This document shows positions 35,222 through 48,420 of a stretch of DNA of 64,000 nt, piece after piece. The position numbers and the translations under genes are program-made. Positions within the stretch are counted from its first letter, which is position 1; each line of letters starts with the position of its first letter. The DNA is from Plasmodiophora brassicae (lineage: Eukaryota), in NCBI GenBank assembly GCA_036867785.1, contig CP145410.1, forward strand, positions 1,736,001 to 1,800,000. The letters run 5' to 3'. The notes beneath the pieces were generated by a model that was not told where the DNA came from, searched no databases, and saw only the letters and a list, made by a program, of their open reading frames with translations.

Positions 35222-36775
35222 ATGGCGCGTGGGGTTGGCGAGTCGGACGCGCGGTCGGTCAGCAATGTCAGCCTGAAGCAGGCGGACCCGGATGTGTATG
35301 CGATCCTGCAGAACGAGAAGCGTCGTCAGTATGAGGGGCTGGAGCTGATCGCGTCCGAGAATTTCACGTCGCAGGCGGTGATGGAGGCGGTCGGGTCGGC
35401 GTTCACGAATAAGTACTCGGAGGGTCTGCCCGGCGCCAGATACTGTGCGACATGATCCGAATTCGCGTCCTATGTGCTTCCTGACAGTGTTGGGTTAGAC
35501 GGCGGCAATGAATTCATTGATCAGCTCGAGACGCTGACGCAGCAGCGCGCCCTGAAGGCGTTCAACCTGAATCCCGAGGAATGGGGCGTGAACGTGCAAT
35601 CGTATTCGGGCTCGACGGCCAACTTTTCGGCGTTCACTGCCCTTCTGGAACCCAACGACCGGTATTGATTTACATCTTGTGTACGCTTTGCTCCCTGACT
35701 TACACGATCTCCTCAGGTTCATGGGCCTCGACCTTCCGTCGGGCGGGCATCTATCGCATGGATTCTACCGTGGGCACCGAAAGATCAACTGCTCCTCGGT
35801 TTACTTCTCGTCGTTGCCGTACAAGGTTGACGCTGCGACTGGCCTGATTGACTACGATGGCGTCGCCGAGCTTGCCGCGCTGTTCGCCCCAAAGCTGATC
35901 GTGGCTGGTGCCAGTGCGTATCCGCGCGAATGGGATTACGGGCGTATGCGCGCCATTGCCGACACGAACAAAGCGCTGCTGCTGACCGACATGGCGCATT
36001 ACAGCGGTCTGGTCGCGGCCGGCGTTGTGGATTCGCCGTTCACCCACTCGCACGTCGTCACGACCACAACGCACAAGAGTCTACGTGGCCCTCGCGCTGC
36101 CCTGATCTTCTTCCGCAAGGACAAAGAGCTGAACCTGGAGCGTCGCATCAACTCGGCCGTCTTCCCCGGATGCCAGGGCGGTCCTCACAACCACGCCATT
36201 GCAGGCGTCTGCGTCCAGCTCGCGGAGGTGGCGACCCCCGGTTTCAAGACGTACGCCATGCAGGTCGTCAAGAACGCCCGAAGCCTGGCAGCGATGCTCA
36301 TCAAGTACGGGTACACGATCGTGACGGGCGGCACCGACAACCACCTGCTTCTCTGGGATGTCCGCCCGTTGGGCCTGACTGGCAACAAAGTCGAGCTTCT
36401 CTGCGACAAGATCGGGATCACGCTGAACAAGAACAGGTGTAGTAGAGCGTCTCTTACCGTGTTGCGCTGACGTCTGACAACATCTACAGCGTGTTTGGCG
36501 ATGCGTCGGCGATGTCTCCAGGTGGTGTCCGCATAGGAACGCCGGCGCTGACGTCCCGTGGCATGGTCGAGTCTGACTTTGACAAGATTGCCAGCTTCCT
36601 CGACCGTGCCGTCAAACTGTGCCTGGAGATCCAGGCAGACGCCGGTACCAAGGCACTGGCAGACTTCAAAGCCGGCATCGAGAAGAACCGCAAGGTCATC
36701 GACGCGATGCACGATGAAGTCAAGGCCTTCGCGCGCTCCTTCCCCATGAAGGGTTTCAGCACCGATGACCTTTAG
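35222..36775 (+). CDS. SHMT: Serine hydroxymethyltransferase
   Basis: [26 protein letters not shown] (spliced), [34 protein letters not shown]. Confidence 0.97.
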
Positions 36776-36877
36776 GCCGCGCACCATCAGTGGCACATCT
36801 TTCGATACACATGATATCCTCAGGTAGACGGAGGCGCTCGTTCTACAGAATGGCGTGTCTGAACAATGTAGACTGTT

Positions 36878-39800
36878 TTACTCTGCCGTTGCTGCCGCCG
36901 CCTTTGCGGCTTTCCTCGACTTCTTACTGAGCTCTGGTTCCCGATAGATGGTCTGCCCTTTGGCCAGACGGTCACACACGATCTTCATGTGCTTCCTGAG
37001 TCGTTTCGTGTCGCCAGGGATGGTCATCTCGCTGGACAGCTGGGTCCCCGACTTCTTATCGTCTTTCGCCAGCGTCGTCATGAGGAGATAGGCCAGCGAT
37101 GCGTCCAACCTCTCCTCCCATCCCTGATCCATGCCGTCGTCGACCCGACTTGTCAGGTACGCTTGCAGGCTGGTCGCATTGTTCTCATCCATCCCATACG
37201 CGGAGCTGATCAGGGCGCACAGCAACGACATGACGCTGCCAATATCGTTCGCCAGGCGATCGACATCACCCTGCAGCGCCCTTGTCGCATCACCACGCTC
37301 CAACATGCTCTGCAACGACTCGCGCAGCAACAGGTCTAAGTTGGCCAACGGCGCTGGTGTCGTATCCTTGAACCGGGCCAGCAACCGCTTCTGGATGGCG
37401 CGAATCTGCTTCGACAGGTTCTCCATCACCTGTGCGTTCACCCGAATATCAAGCCGGCCTTGAAGATGCCGATCGACGACATTCCACAGGTCGTCGACCG
37501 GTAGCGGCCCATCACAAGTCAGGCGAAGCGGACCCGCCGACGCTGATGCCGATTGCTTCCAGAATCGAGTCAGTTACGAGAGCCACTTGGGGGAAAGATT
37601 CCAGACCTGGACTTCACCGGCCTGGTTCCAGTACGTGTTCAACCTCGATATCAACTCCAGCGTCAGCAGATTCAGCCCAGCGAGTTCACTGGACTGCACG
37701 CGATACCGTCCTGAACTTCGTGCTGAGCAACCGCTGTCGACGTTTGGGCAACCGCGTCCCGACCTGCGTTCTTCGACAAGACGATGCTGCAGTCGAGGCC
37801 TCGGCAGTGGTACTTCACCGACAGAATGTTCGGGACCTCGCCCTGATGCACGCCCGGGAACAGGTCACGAAGCGACGACGGCGCCGGACGATTCGTGTCG
37901 ATCGTCACCTGGTCAAACGCGTTCTCTGAATACGCGTTCTGCGTGCGGCGACGAGCAACGTACGAAGAACTGTGTGCTCCGAACCGGTGCCACGACGTTG
38001 CCGATCATCGCGAATGGTAACGGGACCGTGACGGTGGAGACCCTGGGCTGATCATCGACGGTCAGGAACGACGCCATGACCTGCACCCGTCGATTCAGCA
38101 GACGATGTCCGTCACGTCACATTCGTCATACCCGAACGGCTGCGTTGGGCGGTAGCCGCGATCGACTGGCGTAGATGCGAATCGGGACAACGGACGATGA
38201 TCCGCCAGTCGGTGCTGACGGTTCTGTTAGTACGCCCACTGGGTGGTGATACGGTCGTTCCGGTACCGAAATTGTGGATCACGAAGATGTTCCGTTCGGC
38301 GATGAATCCAGGACCGGCGTCAACGGCGATCTGCAACGTCCGAATCGGGTAGCTGCCTTGGTAGGCGATCTTCAGCTCCAGCGTGCACGAAATGGGGACC
38401 CCTTGCCCATCCACCGCAATGTCACTCGAGGCGCCAGGCGGTGCCACCGCCGACCGATGCACGTCGCAGTGGCGTGGCGGGTCGCACGACAATTTCACGT
38501 GATCGGTTGGGTCCATCGCCAGCTGGCCTGAACAAGACCAACGTCAGCCGGTCGACGAACAAACCAGACGAGGGCGCGCCTCAACTGATCTGAGCATGAC
38601 GAATGAACTTTTGCAGGGAACGATACTCGGCGGCGATGGCGGCGTAGTCGACGTCCTTGCCTTCGGTCACCGGCTTCGACGTTGCCGGCGGGTCCTGTGC
38701 GACAAACGCTTAGTCGTGAGTCGTCTGGCGGGTGCCACTGCTGTCGGGGTACTGTGCCCAGGTAGCAGATCTGGATTTCGCCGCTCTGGAACAGGACGAC
38801 GATGAGGCCGGAAATGCCCGCGAACGTCGCAACCGCGACGGCGATGGGGACGTCCTTCGTCTTGGCCGCCCAGATCAGCTCCGACCCACGGAACACGCTC
38901 AGCGACTTCGCGTGCGTCCCGATGATCAGGTTGTGCTTCGACCCAACTTCCCAACACGCGTCAGCCTCCTGGATGGCAGGACCCTCGCCAGACGTACATG
39001 TTGCAGCGCCGTTGCTGGTCGGGTACGTGCACGCGCATGATGGGTTGGCGTCGAGGATCTTCTGCAGCGCCAGTTGCCCCTGGGGTTTCAGCGCGAACAG
39101 CGAGCGCTCGCCAAGGACGACGATGTCGGACTGGGATGCGGCGATCGATTCAGTGAAGCGCGCGGTGAGGATCTGGACGGCGTGCTGGCCCAGGTTCATC
39201 GACCAGCTCTTCTGCAACGCTCTCGGCCCCGGTCCCGCCATGGCGGCGCCGCTCGATGACCCCAACGCTTGGTACCTGCGTTATCGTTACGGTTTGCAGA
39301 AGCGGGCGCCCGACCGGGGATGGCGTACGTGTAGCACTGGCACTCCATCTGCGAGTCGACGCAGATGAACGAGTCGGTCCTGGAGACGTACGCGAGTGGG
39401 CCCGGGATCAGAATATCGGGGATCGTGCACACGAACGCGACCGCATCCTGCTGGAACATGGACCAGCGCCCGTCCATCGACTGAACGCAGATCGAATCTT
39501 TATCTGTTCGATGGTGAACCAGGCCGGTCCGCAGGGCGCCCACCGCGAGGCATACCGTATCCACCAAACTGGCCAAACACGAGGCTGTGTGCAGGAGCCT
39601 CCAGCTGATGCTCGTACTGGATGACAAAGTCAAAGTACCGGGCATTGGCGCCCATCCCCCCAACCGGGGTCAGCTCATACACGGCCAGACTTCGCGGGTG
39701 CAACAGACAGACGCCGATGTCGTTCTTGTTGCTGCAGAGGGAACTCAGCAGGAGGGAGCGATACAACGCGACCGCATTGCGCGTTACGCGAGGAACCGGC

Positions 39801-40056
39801 CGCATTCGACCTGAAGAACGGGTTTGCCGATATTCTTCTCGACGATGAGGTCCTCGATTCGATATTCGCGCTGGCTGGGGAAGTACACGCGAACGACGCC
39901 GTCGAATCCGCCGACGATGATCTTGTCGGCCGGGGGCACCTGGTTGTCGACGTTGCCGACACAGAGCGCGCGACGCCCGCATCGGAGGGTTGCATCCGGG
40001 TCGGCACCGTTGTCGACAGGCGCTGACCACCATTCGCGCGCCTGGAATAATGACAT
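36878..40056 (-). CDS. BBS9: BBSome subunit BBS9/PTHB1, multi-exon
   Basis: MSLFQAREWW, LCVGNVDN, ICVQSMDG, LIPGPLAY, QIRAIQKRLLARFKDTTPAPL, QGWEE, VCDRLAKG. Confidence 0.93.
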
Positions 40057-40445
40057 CACTCGCCCCGGCGAGATTCTGATGACCGATCTGTCGATCACCC
40101 GTCTCTGTAACGATTCGATGTGGCCGCAGAGCGGCGCGGCCTATCGTCCCCAGCCGCATAAGAAGCGTCTGTAGCGTTCCTGGCAATTAATGCCCAGATG
40201 CCCGCTCGGGGCTTGCCGCCATCGAGTGTAGTTGGTGACGTGTCCCGCTATTAATAGGTACGGACTGCTGGCGTGTCCCGCACATAAGTAAAAGGGCTGC
40301 CCGCTGCTGGCGTGTCTCGCTATTAATAGTCTGACGCCACCCGATCGGGCAAAGTTGCTGCGGGCTGCGGCCTGCTGCGGCCATGCCAAGGCCCAGACCG
40401 ATATCGAACCTGCAGTACGAACATCGAGGAGGCTCCTGATCCGAC

Positions 40446-41128
40446 ATGTCCTACTACCCGCATGCGACGCGCACAGTGCTAGTGCTGCTCGTGATCCTGG
40501 CCCTTGTCACCGGACACTGCCATGCTGTGTGGCTTCATGTGGGCAACGACTTTGCTCAAGGTTTTAATGTTCCCGGCGATCGTGCCGCCAGGCACTGCTA
40601 TGCTCTTCACGGTCACGCCCGTGTTGATCCCGCACGCGGCCAATTTGTCTGGCATTATCCCGTCTCGCACCGGGTCAGTTTCGCAATTCAGGAGTTGGAA
40701 ATGCTCGTGGGCTTCATGGACACTGTCGACGAGGTATTGCATTACCTGTCTTTGACAGATATAATTTACTTAAGTTGTGAGCGCGCCCCCAGAATGACGT
40801 CGAGAGTGCCGGCATGTGGGCGGTGGAATCGCTGCGCCCGGACGAGCCTGGCCAGATTCACCAGCTCCTGGCGGCCGCCAAAGATCTGAAGATGTATGCG
40901 CTCATCGTTGCAATCGGAATATATGTACCGCTGCCGGCGACGGGGCAACCTGTCCTATCACTCGGTCGCGGTATCGTTGATAGTCGGCACGTCGGACCGA
41001 CACTGGAGACAATTACAGACAACTGGATCCAGCTACCATTAACATCACGTCGCGCGGTCACTTGTACGTGGTCTGGTATCGATGATGTCGTATCCCGTTG
41101 GCAGCAGGCAAGCGACGCCAGCGCATGA
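40446..41128 (+). CDS. Secreted Skp1/BTB-like protein, paralogue A (no RING; ankyrin-like remnant downstream to about 41345)
   Basis: Signal VLVLLVILALVTGHCHA; ELEMLVGFM; QIHQLLAAAKDLKMYALI; downstream LPVLRLLVKLRADVAI. Confidence 0.55.
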
Positions 41129-41387
41129 CCGAAGTGTCGGCCTGATTGACCCGATACCTGATCTTTCGCGCGCAGTTCCCACGATTTTGAATACAGCACG
41201 ATCAACAAGGCTTCCCGTGCAGAACGCAGCAGCCATCCGCGTCTGTGATGGACTGCCGGTCTTGAGATTGCTCGTCAAGCTCAGAGCGGACGTCGCGATC
41301 CTACAGACGACGTCAGTTCCAGCCTGTTTATGCGGCTCCTTGATGGGCGGCGCCAACGATGACAGTCACAAGGCATGGAGACCTTTT

Positions 41388-41536
41388 CGCATTCGACCTG
41401 AAGAACGGGGGTGCCGATATCCTTCTCGTCGAGGTCCTCGTTTCTAGATTCGCGCTGGCTGGGCAAATATACGCGAACGACGCCGTCGAATCCGCCGACG
41501 ATGATCTTGTCGGCCGGGGGCATCTGGCTGTCGACG
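41388..41536 (-). pseudogene. BBS9: Duplicated fragment of BBS9 exon 1
   Basis: PPADKIIVGGFDGVVRVYLPSQRE..VLQVEC, near-copy of about 39801-39951. Confidence 0.9.
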
Positions 41537-41741
41537 AGGACCCTCAAACTCCTGTGGCCTGCTGTCGTGTCCCGCTAATAATAATAACCTGGGGCGTAGT
41601 GCGTGGTACCACGGTAGGTACGCCGTACGCGGCGCTGAAGGCCGCACCACAGCCCACATGTTTGCTGCGGCCTGCGGCCATGCCAGGGCCAAACCGATAT
41701 CGAACCTGCAGTACGAACATCGAGGAAGTTCCTGATCGCAA

Positions 41742-43075
41742 ATGTCCATCTACCTGCATGCCTGCGCCCGTATCAAGCCTACGACGTGCCCAACTGCAGT
41801 GCTGCTCGTGATCCTGGCCCTTGTCACCGGACATGGCCATGCTGTGAAGCTTATAGCCAACGACGGTGGTGAAATTGTGGTTGATGGCCGCATCGCCGCC
41901 ATACACTGCCGAGCACTTTGGGGTACGAACGCTATTGATGAGCGGCGTGTCGTGGTTCGTCGATACCCCGCTGAGCGCCACGTCGACTTGGCGTACGATG
42001 AATTGGTTCTACTGGTGGACTTCATGACCAATTACGGTAAGATATTTCGGTACCTGTAATTGACAGACGCCGCATACGTGAGTTGCTTGTGACCACAGTC
42101 CAATACGTCAATGATGCCTGCCGCTGGGCCGAGAGGCAGCTGCGCCCACGATCGAACGAATCTGTCCTGATTTACCGGCTCCTGTCGGCCGCATGGCACC
42201 TGCAGATGTATACGCTCATCGTTGGAATCGGAATATCTGTGCCCCTGCCAAGGACGGGACCGCCGCCGAGGACGGGACAACCTGTCCTGCCACAACTCGA
42301 TGTCTTTGTGGCTCTGAGGGCCGACCCAACTCTGGAGAGAGTAACCCAAGCGTTTACAGTCCACGACGACAATCTGCAGCAAAGCACCGAGCCTTTCCTG
42401 TAACTCCCTGCGCCGCACGCTTGTACACATCGTGTCATCTCACAGCGTCTGCAGGTGCCATGTGTGCCGCCAGACGTACGACAGGAATGGCGAGTTGCAC
42501 TTCCGACGGATGAAGGCTTGTCGTCACATCTTCCACCGCCAAACTTGTGTTCCCGATGCAAAGTTGACGGACAGTAACAAATGTCCAGTAGAATGTTGCT
42601 ATCAAGTGGTCCGTATACCGCCCGCCGACGTACTCGACCTACCCACGTTGGGCTATGGCATACTCTTCATTCTGCCGTCTGTCGACATCGTTGATGTTGT
42701 ACGCAGCTGGCAGGAGGTGGCGGACTGGTCGCAGACGCGCAGCAGACGACGCCCACTTCGAAGTCGGTGATGGATGCCCCCCGTGGCCTGATTGCCCGAT
42801 ATTGTACTTCTTCCCAGTTCTCGCGGTTCTGAATACAACACCATCGACCGACGTTTACCTGTCAACGACGGCTACACCGTCGAGGTCATGATCATGTTGC
42901 TGCGGAATGCTCTGACCACGTCGATCTACTGAGCACGAAACCATATGGGAAGTCGCCGATCTGCATGTGGCCGCCTGGCAACGACACCTACGACCGGTAT
43001 CATCCGTCATCACGTTCAGGTTGCTGGATGCCCCGGGCATCGATGTCAGGGAGACGATGTCCTCGGTTTCGTAGT
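41742..43075 (+). CDS. Secreted Skp1/BTB-like + RING-like + ankyrin protein, paralogue B (3' part possibly degenerate)
   Basis: Signal AVLLVILALVTGHGHA; VKLIANDGGEIVVDGRIA; IYRLLSAAWHLQMYTLI; CHVC..CRHIFHRQTC..KCPVEC; LHVAAW..RLLDAPGIDV at about 42960-43047. Confidence 0.6.
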
Positions 43076-43318
43076 ACTCGGACGCGGAATCCCACATCGT
43101 ACGACGCTTTTGTCATCGTTTGATGGCGTGCTGCTTAGCTTGGAAACGGCCAAAGTGGCCACGTAGGAACGTGCGACACCGGCAGGGAGCATAGTAATCG
43201 TCGCCGGCTGTGCTCGGTGACCTGAGGACCGATGCGACACCGGTGATCTGTTCGCCAGGTCTTCCCGTCGCCGAACGCCAGATGACCAGTATGCACCCAC
43301 GACATTCATTAAAGTTGA

Positions 43319-45740
43319 CTAATGAAGCCAGCGTGCCACACAAACGGCGACAGTTACAGCCAGCAACACGTCAAGGAGCATGATGGCGCGCGGGCGACGA
43401 ACCAACGGCAGCGCTTGGGACACCATCGTACGGAGGATCGTCGCGATGAGTATGAACACGAACAGTGCCGGTGGGTCCCTCGCAACCATGAGCGTCTTGT
43501 CAGCTGGGGCGCAGTCGTCGGCACTGTGCCTCGTTCGGTTTCCCGCGCCCGGTTCAGTTCGACGTAGGCCCCGTTTGGTCAGTGATGGTTCCGAAGGCGC
43601 GATGTCGGCATTGGGTTGTACGATGCCTGCGACCCGTCGTGGAGCTGGGTCGAGGGCGGAATTTGTCATTGGCGAATTCGCGAATGCGAACCGGGACTTT
43701 GAAGCGGGTTTCAGGGCAGTCGAACCGTTAAACGGTGGGATCGTTAATGAGGAGATGCTCGTCATGCCGTTCTTGTGGATCCTAACCTCTCGTGTCAGGG
43801 TTGGGCGCCGAACAACACTGGCCATGGTGAACGTCGACGCAACATCGTGTCTGGGCGACGGCTCTGGGACAGTAACGGGTTGCAGGAGGAGACTGGATGC
43901 GTTCGGCGCCGGACGGTCTCCACAAACAGCACGATAAGTCGGACTGGCGCCGGGCCGCCGTCTCAGCGTCCCAATGCAGGGCGTGTCGATTTCGGGAGAC
44001 TTGATTGAGGAGCGAACATGGGTGGAATCGTCAATTGGAGCGGGGCCTACAGGCACTGAAGATGCTGGCGGCAATGCCATTGATGATAGTCCTGAAGTTG
44101 GTGGTGGGGATGGCAGCGGTGCTGGCAGTGGTGCTGGTGCCGATGTTGTTGGGGCTGCTTTGGTCCGTGTCGGTGCTGGTTCTGGCGTTGGTGATGATGA
44201 TGACGATGATGACGATGTTGAGCCTGACCAGCATGAGGACGAGGACGAACCGCAGGAGGCTGAGCTGGAACGGGATGAGCAGGAGACGGATGACGCAGAC
44301 CGTATGCAATCCATTTCTGGCTTTTCCAACACGATAGTAGACGTCTTGGGATGGACAGCAGCATTGCTGATGCTTATCCTTGTCGCCGACGCGACGTTCG
44401 CCTCGTCGTTGGCCGACTCTCCCGAACGTGGTCCTAAAGGCGTCGATGAAGCCACAGTCTTAACCGATGTGTCGTCTGTGCTGAGGGCAACGCTTCGTGG
44501 TGCCGGCGAGCGCAACGTGAATCGCTTTAGCGCGTCTCGGAACGCTTCGTCTGCAGCCGTACTAGTGCTGTTGCCTGTTGCCGTATTCTTGATCATCATG
44601 CGGTCACGCCCAGCCGGGACGTCCATTTCAGCTGGTTTCGGCCTCGGTTTCGGGTCCCTGCTGAATCCGACCCGCAACGTTCCCGTCGGCGCCTGCACCG
44701 CGGCAGCCTTCGCGTCGAACAGATCAGGTGGTCGGAGTACTGTCCGCCCAGCTGCGCCTTCCAACTTGTTCCCCCGCCTCATCGTTGCAGAAGCAGCGGA
44801 CACATCCACTTTGAAACGTTCGTCCAGTGATCTATCGATAACTGGTGCCGAGGAGTACCGGGTTGCAAGAGATCTCGTATGGTGCTGCAGGCGGTCAAGC
44901 AGCGCCTTCGTCTCGGGTGGCAATTCCGTACACGTCTTCTGAGCCGCTCGCCTGGCCACATCTCTGTCTAAGCGTAACGCGCGAGCTGCCTGGTCTCGCT
45001 CATTCTCACCGCGCATGACTGCTATAAGGCACGCGCCTTCACTCCAAGCGTTTAGATAGCGACCCTTTCGAAACGACCAAGACTTGATTGTCTTCCTTGC
45101 TTCCGCGTGTAAGTCGTGGTTCACGTCCAGGACTCGTGATCGACGCGTGCGGCTCCTGCCGTCCGGTACCGCCACAATCGAGTATCGCGGTCGTTGACAG
45201 AGGTCGCCAACTAGGCGGTCGCAACGACGTCGTGCAATTGCGCGAAAGACCACGACTTTGCATATTCTTGAGACACCGCGCCATAAGAGCAGTCGGATCG
45301 AGAGCCGGAGATGTGTGATCAGGGACAGGTGATTCTCGGGTACGTCCTCATATGCCTGCATCCCGCTTCCATGGGCAAAAGTCGATGGTATACGACACTG
45401 TCACATCGGGAACGTTGCCGAAGATGTTCCGAAGGTGTTGGGGTTCCTTTGACGAGCACCGGCACCATAACGGGTTCGACGTTCGCCTGGTCATAAGGGT
45501 CAAGGGAAGGAACGGAGCATACCTGGCAATGGAAATCAGTACCAATCGGAAAAGTAGATCGTCTGCTGCTTACCGCCTCGTCACTCATCCGGCGAGCCGA
45601 TTCTCTCTCAACTTTGCAACCACTTGTCGACCAGGCCAACATCGGCAGCTTGCGACGGCAGCGGGATCGTATTTGCGATAACCATATCGTCAAGGTCTTC
45701 GAGAGAGATGGGGATACGGCTAGAAGGCGGGCGATCACTG
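43319..45740 (-). CDS. Unknown Ser/Pro-rich low-complexity protein; exon structure uncertain
   Basis: 680-aa open frame with poly-Ser and a hydrophobic C-terminal stretch; no recognisable domain. Confidence 0.45.
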
Positions 45741-46425
45741 GATAGTGAGGCAGCTAGCACCGTTGAATCGAGCACACGTCTATATCATCATCAATGGGGG
45801 TGAGCTCAAGGCCTACAGCCATGGCTGCGCATAGCACAGAGGTACTCTGCTCCTGCATCTCTGTCGTCGTTAGGAGACGCGTGCCACCGCCCAAGATATC
45901 TACGATGGCGGCGATCAAGGCGATGGGGCGCAGCTTCTCGGTGCCGACGCTGGTTCCCCGTCATCCGACGCGTTCCCAGGACAGGATCCGGCTGTCGAGG
46001 AGGCAGATGGCCAGTGGTCATGCACCGAAATCGCCACGATCGCGACCGCCAGGCCTGACGTTAATGCGGCTGCCGTCGCTTCGTCACGATGTCTGCTGCG
46101 GGTACTGCCTGCACCATGATCGGGCACCGCTCAAGCTCGTGCGAATGAGGCACAGCCCGTCCAGTAGCCACTTCAGCGACGTCCAGCCAGCAGCGGTCAC
46201 TATTCTGCCCAGAGTCATACGACGCCGACCGGTCCCAGCCGTCCATCGGAAGCCATCACAGGCCCCCAGGGATTCCAGCGATGACGCAGTGCTCACGAAC
46301 GGAACCACGTCTCGTCGTCGGCTGGCCTTACCGGCTTGGCCGTGAGCCAAGTAAATCAACGTACAGCTGGATGTGATGTGGAAACTGTGTGGGGTGACAG
46401 TGAACAATTGCTAGTGAGTAACCGC

Positions 46426-48192
46426 CTAGAGTTCTTCCTTGTCTTCGTCATCGTCGCCACTCGGCTCTTCCTCGTCCTCGGCGCCATCATCAGACAGCGA
46501 TGAGACCGCCTTCTTCCGGTCGGCCGACAGGGTCGTCGACTTGTCAGCAATGAACTTGGCGATCGCGGCAACGGAACGCTCGCCTTGGTAGGTGAGCGGG
46601 TTCGACTTCTTGCCGGCTGGGAAGAAGAAAATCGTCGGGAAACCTTGTATCTCCAACGGAATGTCATTCTGCGTCCCGTCGACTTGAGCAATGACAACGG
46701 ATTTGTCGTCGGCAAACATGTCGGCAAGCGTCTTGTACTTGGGGGCAAGCTGCTGGCAGTGGCCGCACCACGGCGCGTAGAACTCAAGCAGAACGTCCTT
46801 GCTGTCGTCGAGAACGATCTCGTCGTAGTTCTTGCCGACAATCTTCGTCAGGGGGCCAGAGTTGTCCTCGGGGACCTCTTCGGACTTGACGAAAGGCGCA
46901 ACGTCGCCATCAAGGACCTTTTGCGCCCACGACGACAGGTCGCCCGCGGCGAACGACGAATCCTCCGGGTACAAGTACTTCTTCTTGTTAGCCTGATCGT
47001 CGATGACGACGCCCGGCCACTTGTCCGACAGGCCCATGTTCTCGGCGTGACGCGCGTAGTCGACAGCGTCAAGCCAGACCCAGCTGAGCTTGCCCTTGGA
47101 CTCCTTAGCCGCCTCCTTCAGGACGGCGATGTGGTCGTCGCGACCCGACTTGTCCAGGAACGCCCAGACAAGAGGTAGGCCGCGATCAACATAGGCTGCG
47201 AGGCGAGCAATCAGAACAAACATCGTCTCATGCACGACCATCCACGGCACCCTACATTTGTAATTCTCTGGGGAGATTTCCGCAACGAGCGGGAACGACT
47301 CTGCCTTGATGAACTCCTCCAGGGAGGACTTGTCGAACGCGTTCCCAGTGTAGCGGACAGGTGACTCGGCGAAGGGAAGGAATATCAGGAAGACAGGAGC
47401 CTCGGCCTTCGCCGATTCAGCGTCAACTTCACCGACGACCTTGTAGGGCGCGACAGCAAAGCTGACGTCGGCGCGCAGCTTTTCGGCAACTTTGTCAACG
47501 ACCGCACGGTGCTTGCTGTCCTTCTTCAGGAACGCAACCGCCTTGATACCCACATCCTTTGTGAACTTCGCCACATCCTCAGCCGAGGCGAGGTCGACAA
47601 CAGCGGGACCGGAGAAGCGCTTGACGTATCCCGCAATGGCTGTCACGGCAGGGACCAACGTCATTGGGCGGACAGCATCATTACGTTTGCAGGTCACGTT
47701 ACCGTCTGCTTTGCGACCACCATCGTACTCCCTGGCGACGCCATCCGAGAACCATTTCAGGGTTGGGTACCCTTGGACCTTGTAGCGTTCGCAAACTTCC
47801 TTCTCCTCTGTGCAGTCGACCTCTACAACGCGAATAATGAGTACGTTCGAACACACCGCGACTATCGCGGATCCATACTGGCGAGCTTGGCGCCAACTTT
47901 GTCCTTCTTCAGATGCGTCGCCGCCTTCTCGTACTCCGGCGCGAGCGCCTTGCTATACAATCAACAGCGCATCACGTCGGGGCGGCGCCCACATCGACCG
48001 AGAGACGACCCCCACCGACCAGTGTCCGCACCAGGGCGCGTAGAACTCGACGAGCACGTTCTTGTGGTCCTTCAGCGCGTCGTCGAACGACGACGTCGTC
48101 AGTACCAGGACATCGCCGTCAGCCTCCTTGGCGAGCACCGCGCACGCCAGCACCGCCGCAACGCCCAGCCAGGCCACGACGCGCAACGCCAT
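46426..48192 (-). CDS. PDI: Protein disulfide isomerase (a-b-b'-a')
   Basis: Signal peptide, two [10 protein letters not shown] sites, GYPTL and GFPTI, C-terminal KEEL. Confidence 0.96.
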
Positions 48193-48420
48193 CCACCCGA
48201 CGCCGCCGCCCCAAAAACGCAAATGAAATATTGCCGCCCGGCGGCGCCGACGGCACGTGCGACTGCGAGGGTGGACGTGGCCAACAACGGCGCTGTTGCA
48301 CATTGCCAAACGGCGGGTTGACTCTCGGCAAAACGCCGCCGCCTCTCGCGGACCGCCTTTGCCAACGGCCACGCGGACTGTGCGAAGACAGGCGCAGCTG
48401 GGAACATCGCCGCCGGGTCG

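Noticed and set aside
45794-46345. 183-aa Arg/Ser/Pro-rich ORF
   Set aside because: No recognisable domain; cannot tell a real gene from a chance ORF
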